Under the pieces are notes generated by a model. It was not told the origin of the DNA. It made no database searches and saw nothing but the letters and a program-made list of their open reading frames with translations. A program made the translations under genes and the position numbers. Below are positions 20,401-29,783 of a stretch of DNA of 64,000 nt, piece by piece; positions within the stretch are counted from its first letter, which is position 1; each line of letters begins with the position of its first letter. Source of the DNA: an uncultured Acidobacteriaceae bacterium. GTDB taxonomy: Bacteria; Acidobacteriota; Terriglobia; Terriglobales; Acidobacteriaceae. The DNA is taken from positions 18,735 through 82,734 of the forward strand of contig CAWIIH010000001.1 in NCBI GenBank assembly GCA_963836115.1, in the 5' to 3' direction.

Positions 20401-22013
20401 GCCCCGCGCCGCGCCCGCAGTTTGCCGTTCACGCGATCGCGATGCAGATACGCGCCGTAGCGTCCGCGCCGCGCCGCAATGCCCTCGGCCAGCATCTCCA
20501 GAATCGCGTCGAAGGTTGCACGTGCCAGATTGCGATACGGATACGCGCGCTTTACCAGCGCAAATAACTCATCCTCGCCCCACCCATCGGTCGCATTCGT
20601 AGCGCCGGCGTCCTCGCCGGCTGTCGCGAGCCCATCCTGGGCTCGCTGCCGTGATCGAGGCATCGTTGTCTCTGTTCCCGAAGCGCAAGCCGCCACGATC
20701 TGCTGCGCCAGCACATCCAGCGGTGATTCCGGAATCATCAGCCGGTCCAGATCGCCTTGCCGGATGGCACGCACCAAAGCCGCGCACTCCAGCAAATCAT
20801 CGCGAGTCGTGCAAAAAAGTCGTCCCTTGGGAACGGCGCCGCGCCAGTGCCCGGACCGCCCCACACGCTGCAGCGTCACCGCAATCGCGCGCGGCGAATT
20901 GATCTGTACCACCAGATCCACCGTCCCCACATCAATTCCAAGTTCAAGCGACGCGGTCGCCACCAGCACTCGTACCTGGCCTTCTTTCAGTTTCTTCTCG
21001 GCCGCCAGACGCAGCTTGCGCGAGAGACTGCCATGGTGCGCCGCCACATTCTCTTCCCCGATGCGCTCGCCCAGTTGATGCGCCACGCGCTCCGCCATGC
21101 GCCGCGTGTTCACAAACACCAGCGTCGAGCGGTGCTGCTCCACCAGCGCCACCAGCCGGTTGTAAACCTCATCCCACATTTCGTTCGAAGCCACCGGCCC
21201 CAGCGGCATGGGTGGAACTTCGACCGCAAGATCGAGTTTCCGCTTATGCCCGATGTTGACGATCACGGGATCACCGCTTTGAAAGGACGCGGCTTCCAGT
21301 CGCGCCGCAGAGCCCTCTGAGGGTAGAGCGGCTTCAGCCGCTGAGGTCCCGGTCAGAAAGTGCGCCACTTCTTCTATCGGCTTCTGCGTGGCAGATAGTC
21401 CAATCCGCACCGGCGGTTTGTAAGTCAGCGCTTCCAGCCGTTCCAACGACAGCGTCAAGTGCGCTCCACGCTTGTCGTCGGCCACCGCGTGGATTTCATC
21501 CACAATCACCGTCTCGACGTCGCGCAGAATCGCCCGGCTCTTATCCGCCGTCAGCAAAATGTAGAGCGACTCCGGCGTGGTAACCAGAATGTGCGGCGGC
21601 CGCTTCAACATGGCGCGCCGCTCGTGCATGAGCGTGTCGCCGGTACGGACTGCGGTGCGAATCTCGGGCATCAGCAGTCCGCGCTCCCCGGCCATGGCGA
21701 GGATTTCGCCCAGCGGCACTTCCAGGTTTTTCTGGATGTCGTTCCCCAGCGCTTTGAGCGGGGAAACGTAGAGAACTTCGGTCCGATCCGCGAGATCGCC
21801 CGCCAGCGCCTTGCGCACCAGTCGATCAATGCAGGCAAGAAACGCAGCCAGCGTTTTACCCGACCCGGTGGGCGCGGAAATCAGCGTGGTCCGGCCGGCC
21901 AGAATGTGCGGCCAGCCCTGCTCCTGCGGCTCAGTCGGCGTGCTAAACCGCTGCACAAACCACTCTGCCACGAGAGGGTGTGCCCAAGCCAGCGACGCAG
22001 GAAAGGACGGCAT
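17454..22013 (-). pseudogene. lhr: Lhr-family ATP-dependent helicase (~1520 codons), read through at least five frame changes
   Basis: ORFs 19896-22013, 18878-20197 and 17454-18881, plus parts of 18442-19023, concatenate to a full Lhr. It has DEAD/DEAH motifs ([12 protein letters not shown]), the DEAD-associated region and a C-terminal EWCERRLLARIHRLT. Frame changes map to about 19956-19958, 18907-18911, 18867-18868, 18754-18775 and 18657-18661. Confidence 0.85.
19030..19106. repeat. REP-like GC-rich element embedded in the lhr reading frame
   Basis: GCCTGCCCTGAGCGAAGCCGAAGGGG plus the palindrome GTCGAGC-GAA-GCTCGAC, the same family as the intergenic copies. Translates in the lhr frame as ...SLDRTAPSASLRAGEGGFPHIG... 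Confidence 0.5.
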
Positions 22014-22081
22014 TCGGATATTGTAGCCGGAAGATGGAGTTTCGTAAAATGTTCGCCCAGGCGTTCGAAAGGTGCAACAAT

Positions 22082-22453
22082 CTACCTCAGAGCAAGCGTG
22101 ATCCTGATCGCTTCTTCAATCCGCGCGAGAACGTCCCGATCTAGTCGGCCGTAATAGCCCACCAGTCGCGAAACCTGAATCGCGCGAATCTGCTCCGCTT
22201 TTGCGACGCTATCCACCTTTAACCCACCCGAACCTTTGGGAAGTTCGGCGTGGCTGGGGTAAAGACGCCTGACATTGGCTGCTTCGGTGACGGGCACCAC
22301 CACCACCACTGGACTGTTGGCGTTGATGGAATCGCGGCTGATGACCACGACCGGCCGCGTCCCCGCCTGCTCGCTGCCTTCGGTAGGGTCAAGCCGGGCG
22401 CTGAATACGTCGCCGCGAACGGGTTTTGGCAGTGCGGATCTTTGACTGGTCAT
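22082..22453 (-). CDS. mazF: MazF/PemK-family toxin (endoribonuclease)
   Basis: [27 protein letters not shown] ... VVPVT ... [12 protein letters not shown] is typical of PemK/MazF. Confidence 0.8.
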   Translation of the reverse strand: MTSQRSALPKPVRGDVFSARLDPTEGSEQAGTRPVVVISRDSINANSPVVVVVPVTEAANVRRLYPSHAELPKGSGGLKVDSVAKAEQIRAIQVSRLVGYYGRLDRDVLARIEEAIRITLALR

Positions 22454-22745
22454 GTGCGGCTTCAGGAGTGGCCCTGACCTTGAAAGCTTCCCAGTCGCTC
22501 TTCTCGAATTCGCCGGCCAGCGCAATCGAAGCGCGCTGATAGTCGGCATCGTTCGCCATTTGCGCAAAGGCCGCGTCGATCTCCGCTTCCGTCAGCCTTC
22601 GTACCTTCTCTTCGATTGCCTGGACGACAAAGTCGTTGAAACTCGAAGCCCGCGACTGGACCACTACGGTCTTTGCCCGCTCATACACCTGCCGCGGCAG
22701 CCGCACCGTCGTGTTTTGATATTCCTTCCGGGCGGCTAGGGACAT
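22389..22745 (-). CDS. RHH (CopG-like) antitoxin of the MazF module
   Basis: N-terminal TVRLPRQVYERAK ribbon-helix-helix pattern, directly upstream of mazF. The 65-nt overlap with mazF is unusually long, so the 3' end is uncertain. Confidence 0.55.
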   Translation of the reverse strand: MSLAARKEYQNTTVRLPRQVYERAKTVVVQSRASSFNDFVVQAIEEKVRRLTEAEIDAAFAQMANDADYQRASIALAGEFEKSDWEAFKVRATPEAAHDQSKIRTAKTRSRRRIQRPA

Positions 22746-22821
22746 ATCCAGGTCACCATCTTGAATATCAGAATTGTATCATATCGCTCTATCAATTCTG
22801 ATATCATTTGTCATATCCACA

Positions 22822-23412
22822 ATGCCACGATCCGCGATGCCGAAACCTTCCGCCCAAGCCCGCGCCCGCAAAATCAAACTGCTCCTCTTCGACGTAGACG
22901 GCGTGCTCACCGACGGCAAGCTATTCTTTTTGCCTGCTCCAGCCGGATCGCAGCCCAGCCAGATCGAATTCAAAGGCTTCCACTCTCACGACGGCGCCTC
23001 GATTTCGCTCGCCCGGCTTGGCGGAATCAAGACCGGATTGATCACCAAGCGCCGCTCGGAAACGGTTGCGCTCCGTGCCCGCGACCTGAGACTCGAATTC
23101 GTCCATCAAGGCGTGGACGACAAGCGCACCTGCTTCGAGGAGGTCGTGAAAAAGGCAGGCCTGAAGCCGGATGAAGCCGCCTTCATCGGCGACGACGTAA
23201 TCGATCTCCCCGCCATGCGCGCCGGCGGACTCGCTATCGCGGTGAAAAATGCCCGTGCCGAAGTGAAGAAGGAAGCCCACTACGTCACTCCTCACGCCGG
23301 CGGCGAAGGCGCACTGCGCGATGCCGTCGAGTTCATTCTGAACGCCCAGGGCAAGTGGAAGCGTGTGGTGGAAGATTACATCGGCGAGAGAAGCTCGAAA
23401 AGAAGCTCTTAG
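22822..23412 (+). CDS. kdsC: KDO 8-phosphate phosphatase (HAD family)
   Basis: LLLFDVDGVLTDG ... ITKRRSETVALRARDL ... FIGDDVIDLPAM ... KdsC/YrbI pattern. Confidence 0.8.
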   Translation: MPRSAMPKPSAQARARKIKLLLFDVDGVLTDGKLFFLPAPAGSQPSQIEFKGFHSHDGASISLARLGGIKTGLITKRRSETVALRARDLRLEFVHQGVDDKRTCFEEVVKKAGLKPDEAAFIGDDVIDLPAMRAGGLAIAVKNARAEVKKEAHYVTPHAGGEGALRDAVEFILNAQGKWKRVVEDYIGERSSKRSS

Positions 23413-23526
23413 CTTTTAGCTCTTAGCTTGAAGCGCGCAGCTCTACCCTGTGGACCTCTGTTTCCTCTGTGGTTAAAAGGTTTGGGGTTTCAAGCTAAAG
23501 GCTAAGAGCTAACAGCTAAGAGCTTA
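23404..23526. repeat. heptamer-periodic inverted repeat with 55-nt internal spacer
   Basis: Arms AGCTCTTAGCTTTTAGCTCTTAGCTTGAA and TTCAAGCTAAAGGCTAAGAGCTAACAGCTAAGAGCTT. The spacer contains CTCTGTG-type words also seen at 6165-6200. Confidence 0.6.
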
Positions 23527-23528
23527 AC

Positions 23529-23581
23529 AAAAAACCCACCGGATGCTTGCTTGGGGCGTGCTCGGGTCAGCATCCGATGGG
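23529..23581 (-). terminator. Rho-independent terminator (minus strand)
   Basis: Stem CCCACCGGATGCT/AGCATCCGATGGG, followed on the minus strand by TTTTTT. Confidence 0.55.
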
Positions 23582-23796
23582 CTACCGTTTCTCCTTACTC
23601 ACCCTGTAGTTTTCAGGAGTATTTCCATCATTAAACCCGAGAACTCAGGCAAGTTCCGTCTAATTTTGTAAAACTTTGTAATTTTCGCCGGCGTCAAAGA
23701 CAAACTTAGCGTTATCTATCGGGCCGATCCTGTATTGGACTAAGAAATTTCCCGTAGGTCGGGCGCCCTCAGGGCGAGACTTCAATTTTCCCGCAC

Positions 23797-24606
23797 CTAA
23801 TCCGAGATCGCGGGTGTCTTCGATGCCATCAGCTCCGTGAACCGCGGATTCTTTCGCAGTTCCGCAAACTCCACATCTTTGTACACATTCTTCAGATCCT
23901 TGTAGCCAGCCTCGATCGCCCTCTTCAGATACTCAAGCGATTGGTCGGAATAGCCCATCTTGGCGTACAGCTTCGCGACCGTGTAGTCGTAGTGGGCGCG
24001 GTCCTCGGGATTCGGCAATTGCGCCTGGACGCCCGCGCGCGAAGTCCGCGTAAAAACATCGGGGTCCATTTCCAGCGCATGCTGGTAAGCCGCCACCGCG
24101 GGCTCAAATTCGTGCTTGGAAAAGTGAGCAGCCCCCAGATTGCTGAAGAACGAGGCCGAACTGCCGTCTCTCGCGATCGCCTTCTCGTACTGCTTGATCG
24201 CCGCTCCGTATTTCTTGTTCTCGTAGAAAACCACGCCCAGATTGTTGTAGGCATTGGCGAACTCATGGTCGGACTTGATGGCGCGCTCGAAGGATTTCCG
24301 CGCCTCCTTGTAGCGCTGCATCATGAGTTCCGTAATGCCAATCTTATTCAGCAGGGCTGCGTCATGTGGCTTCTTGGCCAGCGCCGCGTTGTAATAATCG
24401 AGTGCATCCAGATAGAGCTTTTCCGAGCGCAAGCGGTCGGCTTGTTCCTCCAAAGCCGCCGCGGTTGCGTCCGGGGCCGGAGGATCGATGGCGCGCACCA
24501 GGGGCGGCGCGATCTGCACCTGCTCCGAATGAGAAACTTGTGCCAGTGCGGCAGGGAAGAAGGAAGACACAATCAGAAGCGTCAGGCAGGCTTTCCAGTA
24601 GGACAT
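23797..24606 (-). CDS. secreted TPR-repeat protein
   Basis: Signal peptide MSYWKACLTLLIVSSFFPAALAQ, then several TPR units (YNNLGVVFYENKKYGAAIKQYEKAI...). Confidence 0.75.
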   Translation of the reverse strand: MSYWKACLTLLIVSSFFPAALAQVSHSEQVQIAPPLVRAIDPPAPDATAAALEEQADRLRSEKLYLDALDYYNAALAKKPHDAALLNKIGITELMMQRYKEARKSFERAIKSDHEFANAYNNLGVVFYENKKYGAAIKQYEKAIARDGSSASFFSNLGAAHFSKHEFEPAVAAYQHALEMDPDVFTRTSRAGVQAQLPNPEDRAHYDYTVAKLYAKMGYSDQSLEYLKRAIEAGYKDLKNVYKDVEFAELRKNPRFTELMASKTPAISD

Positions 24607-25043
24607 ACACACCCCCCAGACAACCAGTTCCCACCAAGCCATTCTGACACAGTTCTGGCTTGGCGGCGCAGAATTTGTGGACTCAGATCTCTTCACCACG
24701 GAGGCACCGAGGCACGGAGGAGCAAACGAAAAAGCAAAAAGAACCTTACGGATCCTCTCGCTGTCTCCATAGTGATACAAGACCCCGCCCGTCAATGCGT
24801 GGCGTCTGATCGCCGTCTACAGGCTTAGACACCGGAGCCGCCGGCCTTGGCACACTAACCGAAAATAAAGTTTGGGTAGCCTTGCCGGAACGGGACATTT
24901 TAGCAGCCTACGAGCCTGAAACCAGGGCCCCCCCTCCCCCCATACCCCCTGAAAATCCCAATATTCGAATAGGGATCCTTCGACTCCATTTGTCACGCGC
25001 TTCGCGCGCGACAAATTCCGCTCAGGATGACAGTCTTACAGGG

Positions 25044-27605
25044 TCAGTGGGGCGCGGGCTGGCTGTTGTCCGGCGGTTTGGGCGGCGGCGTTGCCGCTTT
25101 GTCATCCTTGAAAATGCCTGCGATCTTGCCGAAGAAACCCTTCTTCTTCTTTGGATCTTGCGCATCCTGCCCGCTGGCCAGCGTGGGCGGCGCGGCTTTC
25201 TCCCCACCGCCAAAGAGTCGATTGAAGAATCCCGCCACCGCGCCGGTTTGGTCGCAGGTCTCGCGCGGCTCCGTGCCTGCTACGAAGGCTGCCTCGTAGT
25301 CGTCCGGACACGTAGGCGTCGCCAGGCGGTTCGTGGCTTTGTCCAGTTGCACGTCCACCACGCCGGTAGGTTGCGTGAAGGCTTTCATGTCGGAGTACTG
25401 CGGCAGCGCGGAGGCCTTTTTCATGAACTCGGTCCAGATGGGCGCGGCGGTCATGGCTCCGCTCAGCCGCAGATCGCTGTAGTCGTCGTAACCTACCCAG
25501 ACCACGCACAGTAAGTTGGATGTGTATCCCGCGAACCAGCCATCGTGCGAACTGCCGGTCTTGCCCGCCGCCGGCAGAGTAAATCCGCGCAAGCGAACCG
25601 CCGTATAGCCCAATCCGTTGTTGATCACGCCTTCCATCATCCTGGTCATGACGTAGGCAATGCGCGGATCGAGCACTTGCCGCTGGTCCGTCTTGTAGTT
25701 CGCGATCACGTCGCCCTTGGTGTTGCGCACCGAATTCACGAGGATTGGAGAGAGCCGCGCGCCGTTGTTGGCGAATGAAGTATAGGCTGCCGCCATGTCG
25801 ATCGGAGGAGCGTCGTAGGATCCCAGCGCCATGGCCGGCGTCGCCTTCACCGAAACGATTCCCGCCGACTTCGCCAGGTCCGCGACTTTGTCGTATCCCA
25901 CTTCCTCCGCCACTTTCACAGTGGCGTTGTTCAGCGACATGGCCAGCGCGTAACGCAACGTCACATCGCCGTGATACTCCTCTTTGTAGTTACGCGGTTC
26001 GTAGATCTGATCTCCATAGGCGAAGCTCGTCGGCGCATCGGTCACCGTGGAAGCCGGTGTTATCACCGTGGCTGAACCGTCGAGCGCCGTATTCATCGCC
26101 GCGGCATAAACGAACGGCTTGAAGATGGAGCCAGTCGGCCGTTTCGATACGGCGTGATTCAATTGGCTCCAGCCATAGTCCCTTCCGCCCACCAGAGCCA
26201 GCACCGCACCCGTGCGCGGGTCGAGCGCGACCAGCGCCACCTGCGCTTGCGGACCCTGCGCCACTTGCGTTTCCACTTTCTTGCCCACCTTCACCTTTTT
26301 GGTGCGCATCTTCTTGACCTGGTCGTCCACCAGCTTGATGCCGGTCTCGACCGCTTGCGCCGCGGCTTTCTGCAGATCGGGATCGAGCGTGGTGTAAATC
26401 CGGTAGGACTGATCGTTCAGATCGTGTTCGCTGAACTTGTTGATCAGCGTGTCGCGCACCATGTCGACGAAATACGGAGCGTCGCTGGCCTCCACGTTCG
26501 GTGGCGCCAGCTTCAGCGGCGTTGCCTTGGCCTTGTCTGCCTGCTCGCGGGTGATGGCGTGGTTTTCCACCATCGAATCCAGCACCAGGTTGCGCCGCTC
26601 CAAAGCGCGCTCGGGATGCCGGTAGGGCGACAACCGGCTCGGCCCCTGGATGATTCCCGCCAGCAACGCCGCCTCGGGCAGCGTGATGTCCTTCAAGTCT
26701 TTATTGAAATATGTGCGCGAGGCTTCGCCAAACCCGCTGATGGCGAACGATCCGCGCTGCCCGAGGTTGACCCAGTTCGCATAAAACTCGAAGATCTGCT
26801 GTTTGCCGAACTTCTGCTCCAGTTCTTCGGCGATCAGCATCTCCGTGAGCTTGCGCCTTATGGTTTTTTCCGGCGTCAGGAAGAAGCCGCGCGAGAGTTG
26901 CATGGTAATGGTCGAGCCGCCCTGCTCGTGCCGTTGCCGCGTCAGATCGATCCACCCCGCCTCGAACATGCGGATAAAGTTCACCCCGCTGTGCTCGAAA
27001 AAACGCCGGTCTTCGATCGCCAGCACCGCATCGATCATTACCTTGGGGATCTCGGTGTACTTCACCACTTGCCGCTTGGAACGCTGTTCCGCGTCGAACA
27101 GTGCCGTCACCAGTTGCGGCTCCAACTCGTATGCGGCAAGTTCATTGCCTTGGCTGGTGATGTGGTCGACTTGCCCGTTGTGAATGGAGATATGCGCCTC
27201 TTCCGGGCTGTGGTAGCTTTCCGGCCCCGGCGTGATCTCGATGCCGTCCTTCACCAGGCGAAAGCTGCCGAGCGCCGACTGGCCGTCTTTTTCGGAGTGC
27301 CCCTGGTCGGCATACCCGGCGCGACGCAGGGATGCGGCGATTTCCTTGGCGTCGATCTTGTCGCCATCGTGCACCGTGCGTGGCAGAGCATAGATTTTGG
27401 CCGAATTGCTGAAGACCGGCGAGCGGAAGCGTTGCTCGATAATGCGGTCGTATTTGATGTAGAAGTAGCAGAGAACTCCGCCCACGCCAACGGCCGCCAC
27501 CAGGAAGACAACCAGCGCGGCTCGAATCACGGGATCGCGTGGCAGGCCGCGCGTTGCCTTGCTGGCTTTGGCTCCGCTCTTCGGGATTTTGATCTTAATG
27601 GCCAC
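25044..27605 (-). CDS. mrcA: bifunctional penicillin-binding protein 1A (glycosyltransferase/transpeptidase)
   Basis: GT51 motifs (EDRRFFEHSG, GGSTITMQL), transpeptidase motifs (TGSIFKP, KTGS), N-terminal TM anchor. Confidence 0.9.
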   Translation of the reverse strand: MAIKIKIPKSGAKASKATRGLPRDPVIRAALVVFLVAAVGVGGVLCYFYIKYDRIIEQRFRSPVFSNSAKIYALPRTVHDGDKIDAKEIAASLRRAGYADQGHSEKDGQSALGSFRLVKDGIEITPGPESYHSPEEAHISIHNGQVDHITSQGNELAAYELEPQLVTALFDAEQRSKRQVVKYTEIPKVMIDAVLAIEDRRFFEHSGVNFIRMFEAGWIDLTRQRHEQGGSTITMQLSRGFFLTPEKTIRRKLTEMLIAEELEQKFGKQQIFEFYANWVNLGQRGSFAISGFGEASRTYFNKDLKDITLPEAALLAGIIQGPSRLSPYRHPERALERRNLVLDSMVENHAITREQADKAKATPLKLAPPNVEASDAPYFVDMVRDTLINKFSEHDLNDQSYRIYTTLDPDLQKAAAQAVETGIKLVDDQVKKMRTKKVKVGKKVETQVAQGPQAQVALVALDPRTGAVLALVGGRDYGWSQLNHAVSKRPTGSIFKPFVYAAAMNTALDGSATVITPASTVTDAPTSFAYGDQIYEPRNYKEEYHGDVTLRYALAMSLNNATVKVAEEVGYDKVADLAKSAGIVSVKATPAMALGSYDAPPIDMAAAYTSFANNGARLSPILVNSVRNTKGDVIANYKTDQRQVLDPRIAYVMTRMMEGVINNGLGYTAVRLRGFTLPAAGKTGSSHDGWFAGYTSNLLCVVWVGYDDYSDLRLSGAMTAAPIWTEFMKKASALPQYSDMKAFTQPTGVVDVQLDKATNRLATPTCPDDYEAAFVAGTEPRETCDQTGAVAGFFNRLFGGGEKAAPPTLASGQDAQDPKKKKGFFGKIAGIFKDDKAATPPPKPPDNSQPAPH

Positions 27606-27855
27606 GTCTTAGAGTCGTACGCCCGCCGAAAAAACTTCTTGATGGTCAGACGATGAGATGCGTCAAAAGGTTTGAACCGCCCCGCTTCCTGCTTGACTGC
27701 TCCCCTGCCTGCGTTTTCAAGAATACGCAATGTCAGGATGCGATGCCTTCCATTGTACCGCCGCGCCCGCAAACACGAAGAGACCCGCCGTTCGTGCGGG
27801 TCTCTAAGCTGTCAACAGGGTTGAGCCGCCGGCCTGGCGGAAGCCGCACCTCAGA

Positions 27856-29055
27856 CTACGGTGCGTCGTTCAAGTCGCTCACAGCAAAGCCTCCACCCGG
27901 AAATCCCAAAGTGCCGAACTTCGGCGCCGAGATGACGCCTGTGCTGGTGTCGGCGCCGTAAGGACCGAAGTCGATCGCGACCTGTCCCTCTGCGACGCCA
28001 AACAGGAACTTGCCGCTTTGATCGAACTGGCCGGCGTTCAGGTTCACGCCGGTAAACGGAGAATCCGTCAAGACTGTCAGAGCGCCCGTGGAGGCATTGA
28101 GTTCATAGCCCTCCATGGGAAGGCTGAGTCCGTCGAACGCATATACGAAGCTCCCGTTCGGACTCGCTACTGGACTCACTGCAAGATCCACCGGAATCGA
28201 TTGTGTAAGGGGCAGCCCGATTTCCGAGAGCGCCCCGGTTTGCGCAGTGATGCCAAACACGTAGAGGTGGCTATCAACTCCGGTAATTCCGACCATGTAC
28301 TTGCCCGAGTTCTCTCCCAGGACCTTCGACATGGAGAAAGTGAACGGGCTGCCGATTACGGCCGACAGGGCTCCGGTCGACCCGATGGCCAATGCTGCGA
28401 CTTGCGTGCCACCCAAGCCCGACGTCACATAGAGATACTTTCCCAGACCGTCAGTGGCAATTTGCGCCGCCAGGATTCCCGAGGGGAAAGGCGATCCGCT
28501 CACTGCCGATAAGGAGCCGTCGGTTTGGCTGATGTTGAACACGGAGATATCCCCAGTCCCAAAATCGCTGATGAAAAGCAGGGTTCCAGCAGGGTTGCTC
28601 GTGATGGAGGTTCCGCCAATCGCAGTGACGGGACTGAACGGCACGCTGGTCAGTGCGCCTGTCGTGCCGTCGATGGCATAGCCGAAAACGGTGCCATCGT
28701 TGAACGGAATGTAGAGATACTTCTGATTGGGCAGATTCACCACCACCGTCCCGCCGTCGAGCGGCAATCCTAGAGGAAGCGGCGGCGCGACAAAAGCCGT
28801 TGGCTCCTGGAAGGTATTCGCACTGAGGCTCAGTGTGTCTGCCGCCATGCCATCCGACGAGCCAGTCTCGGACAGCAGATATGCGAAAACGGTTCCGCTG
28901 GCGCCGTTTCCGCCGCCGCCCAGACTAGGAGGGCCGTTAGACGTGCAGGTCGAGCTGCCAAACCCGGCGCCGCACGTGTAATGACCGCAACCGGTCAGCC
29001 CGATCGCTGCCATTCCCGCCACCAGCATTAGAAACCCTCGAACTCGCATCGTCAT
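27856..29055 (-). CDS. lipoprotein with beta-propeller-like repeats, hypothetical
   Basis: Lipobox LTGC followed by Gly/Ser/Thr-rich repeats resembling 7-bladed lactonase-type propellers. The family assignment is weak. Confidence 0.55.
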   Translation of the reverse strand: MTMRVRGFLMLVAGMAAIGLTGCGHYTCGAGFGSSTCTSNGPPSLGGGGNGASGTVFAYLLSETGSSDGMAADTLSLSANTFQEPTAFVAPPLPLGLPLDGGTVVVNLPNQKYLYIPFNDGTVFGYAIDGTTGALTSVPFSPVTAIGGTSITSNPAGTLLFISDFGTGDISVFNISQTDGSLSAVSGSPFPSGILAAQIATDGLGKYLYVTSGLGGTQVAALAIGSTGALSAVIGSPFTFSMSKVLGENSGKYMVGITGVDSHLYVFGITAQTGALSEIGLPLTQSIPVDLAVSPVASPNGSFVYAFDGLSLPMEGYELNASTGALTVLTDSPFTGVNLNAGQFDQSGKFLFGVAEGQVAIDFGPYGADTSTGVISAPKFGTLGFPGGGFAVSDLNDAP

Positions 29056-29248
29056 GAACTGCCTCCGCCTGAGCTTTACTTGTCGTTCCTTGGAAGGTCG
29101 CAAGCCTGGATTCTGGTTGAACTCCTGGAACCGGCCACCTTGCGAGGCCCGCCGGTTGCAGCGGCCCTGAGAAAACTCTCACCTGTCGGCGATATTAGGA
29201 GGAAGGTAACGCAACGGCAAGGTTACGAATGTCACTGGCTGAGCGGAC

Positions 29249-29395
29249 AGTACCTAGTACCGAGTACCTAGTCGCCGACTCCCGGTTGCCGCTGAAGTGA
29301 TCCGTGCTCAAATGGAGAGCTGTGCCCCATCAACGCCCCGTTCGAGCAGTCGATCGCCAAGATCGCTGGGTACTGGGTACCAGGTACTAGGTACT
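29249..29395. repeat. heptamer-periodic inverted repeat with ~95-nt spacer
   Basis: AGTACCTAGTACCGAGTACCTAGT ... GGGTACTGGGTACCAGGTACTAGGTACT. Confidence 0.6.
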
Positions 29396-29744
29396 ATTTG
29401 TTTCCGCTGTCCGGATTGAAGTGCATGTCGAAGGAATAGAACGGCAGATTGATGGGCACCGAATAGTCTGCCGCGACGTAAATAGCCGACATGCCGGGCG
29501 TATTGATGCGCTGCACGGTCACCTGCTTGGGCTCGATCGGCAGGTTGTGCTCCTTGATTTTCCGCATCACGTCGTTGCGGACGTCTTCTTCCGTCTTCTG
29601 GAAGTTGCCACTATCCATCAGCGCAACATTCCTGAGGTCGTCCGTAAAACTGTAATTGGCCATCATGGGAGGAATCACTTCAAAGCAGCACACCACTACC
29701 AAGAGGATCGCGAGAAATCCACCAAGTGCCTTTATGGTCGCCAT
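29394..29744 (-). CDS. small membrane-anchored protein, hypothetical
   Basis: 116 aa, N-terminal TM helix (GGFLAILLVVVCCFEVIPPMM). No family recognised with confidence. Confidence 0.45.
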   Translation of the reverse strand: MATIKALGGFLAILLVVVCCFEVIPPMMANYSFTDDLRNVALMDSGNFQKTEEDVRNDVMRKIKEHNLPIEPKQVTVQRINTPGMSAIYVAADYSVPINLPFYSFDMHFNPDSGNK

Positions 29745-29783
29745 AGTCTCGAAAACTGCGCCGTTCAGCCAGCGGCGCAAATT

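Noticed and set aside
22389-22453. The 65-nt overlap of the RHH antitoxin with mazF as another frameshift
   Set aside because: A third-frame TGA would give a classic ATGA overlap, but I could not locate a convincing junction in the antitoxin sequence. It is left as called.
26154-27656. 500-aa plus-strand ORF
   Set aside because: It is antisense to the PBP1A gene and has no recognisable domains.
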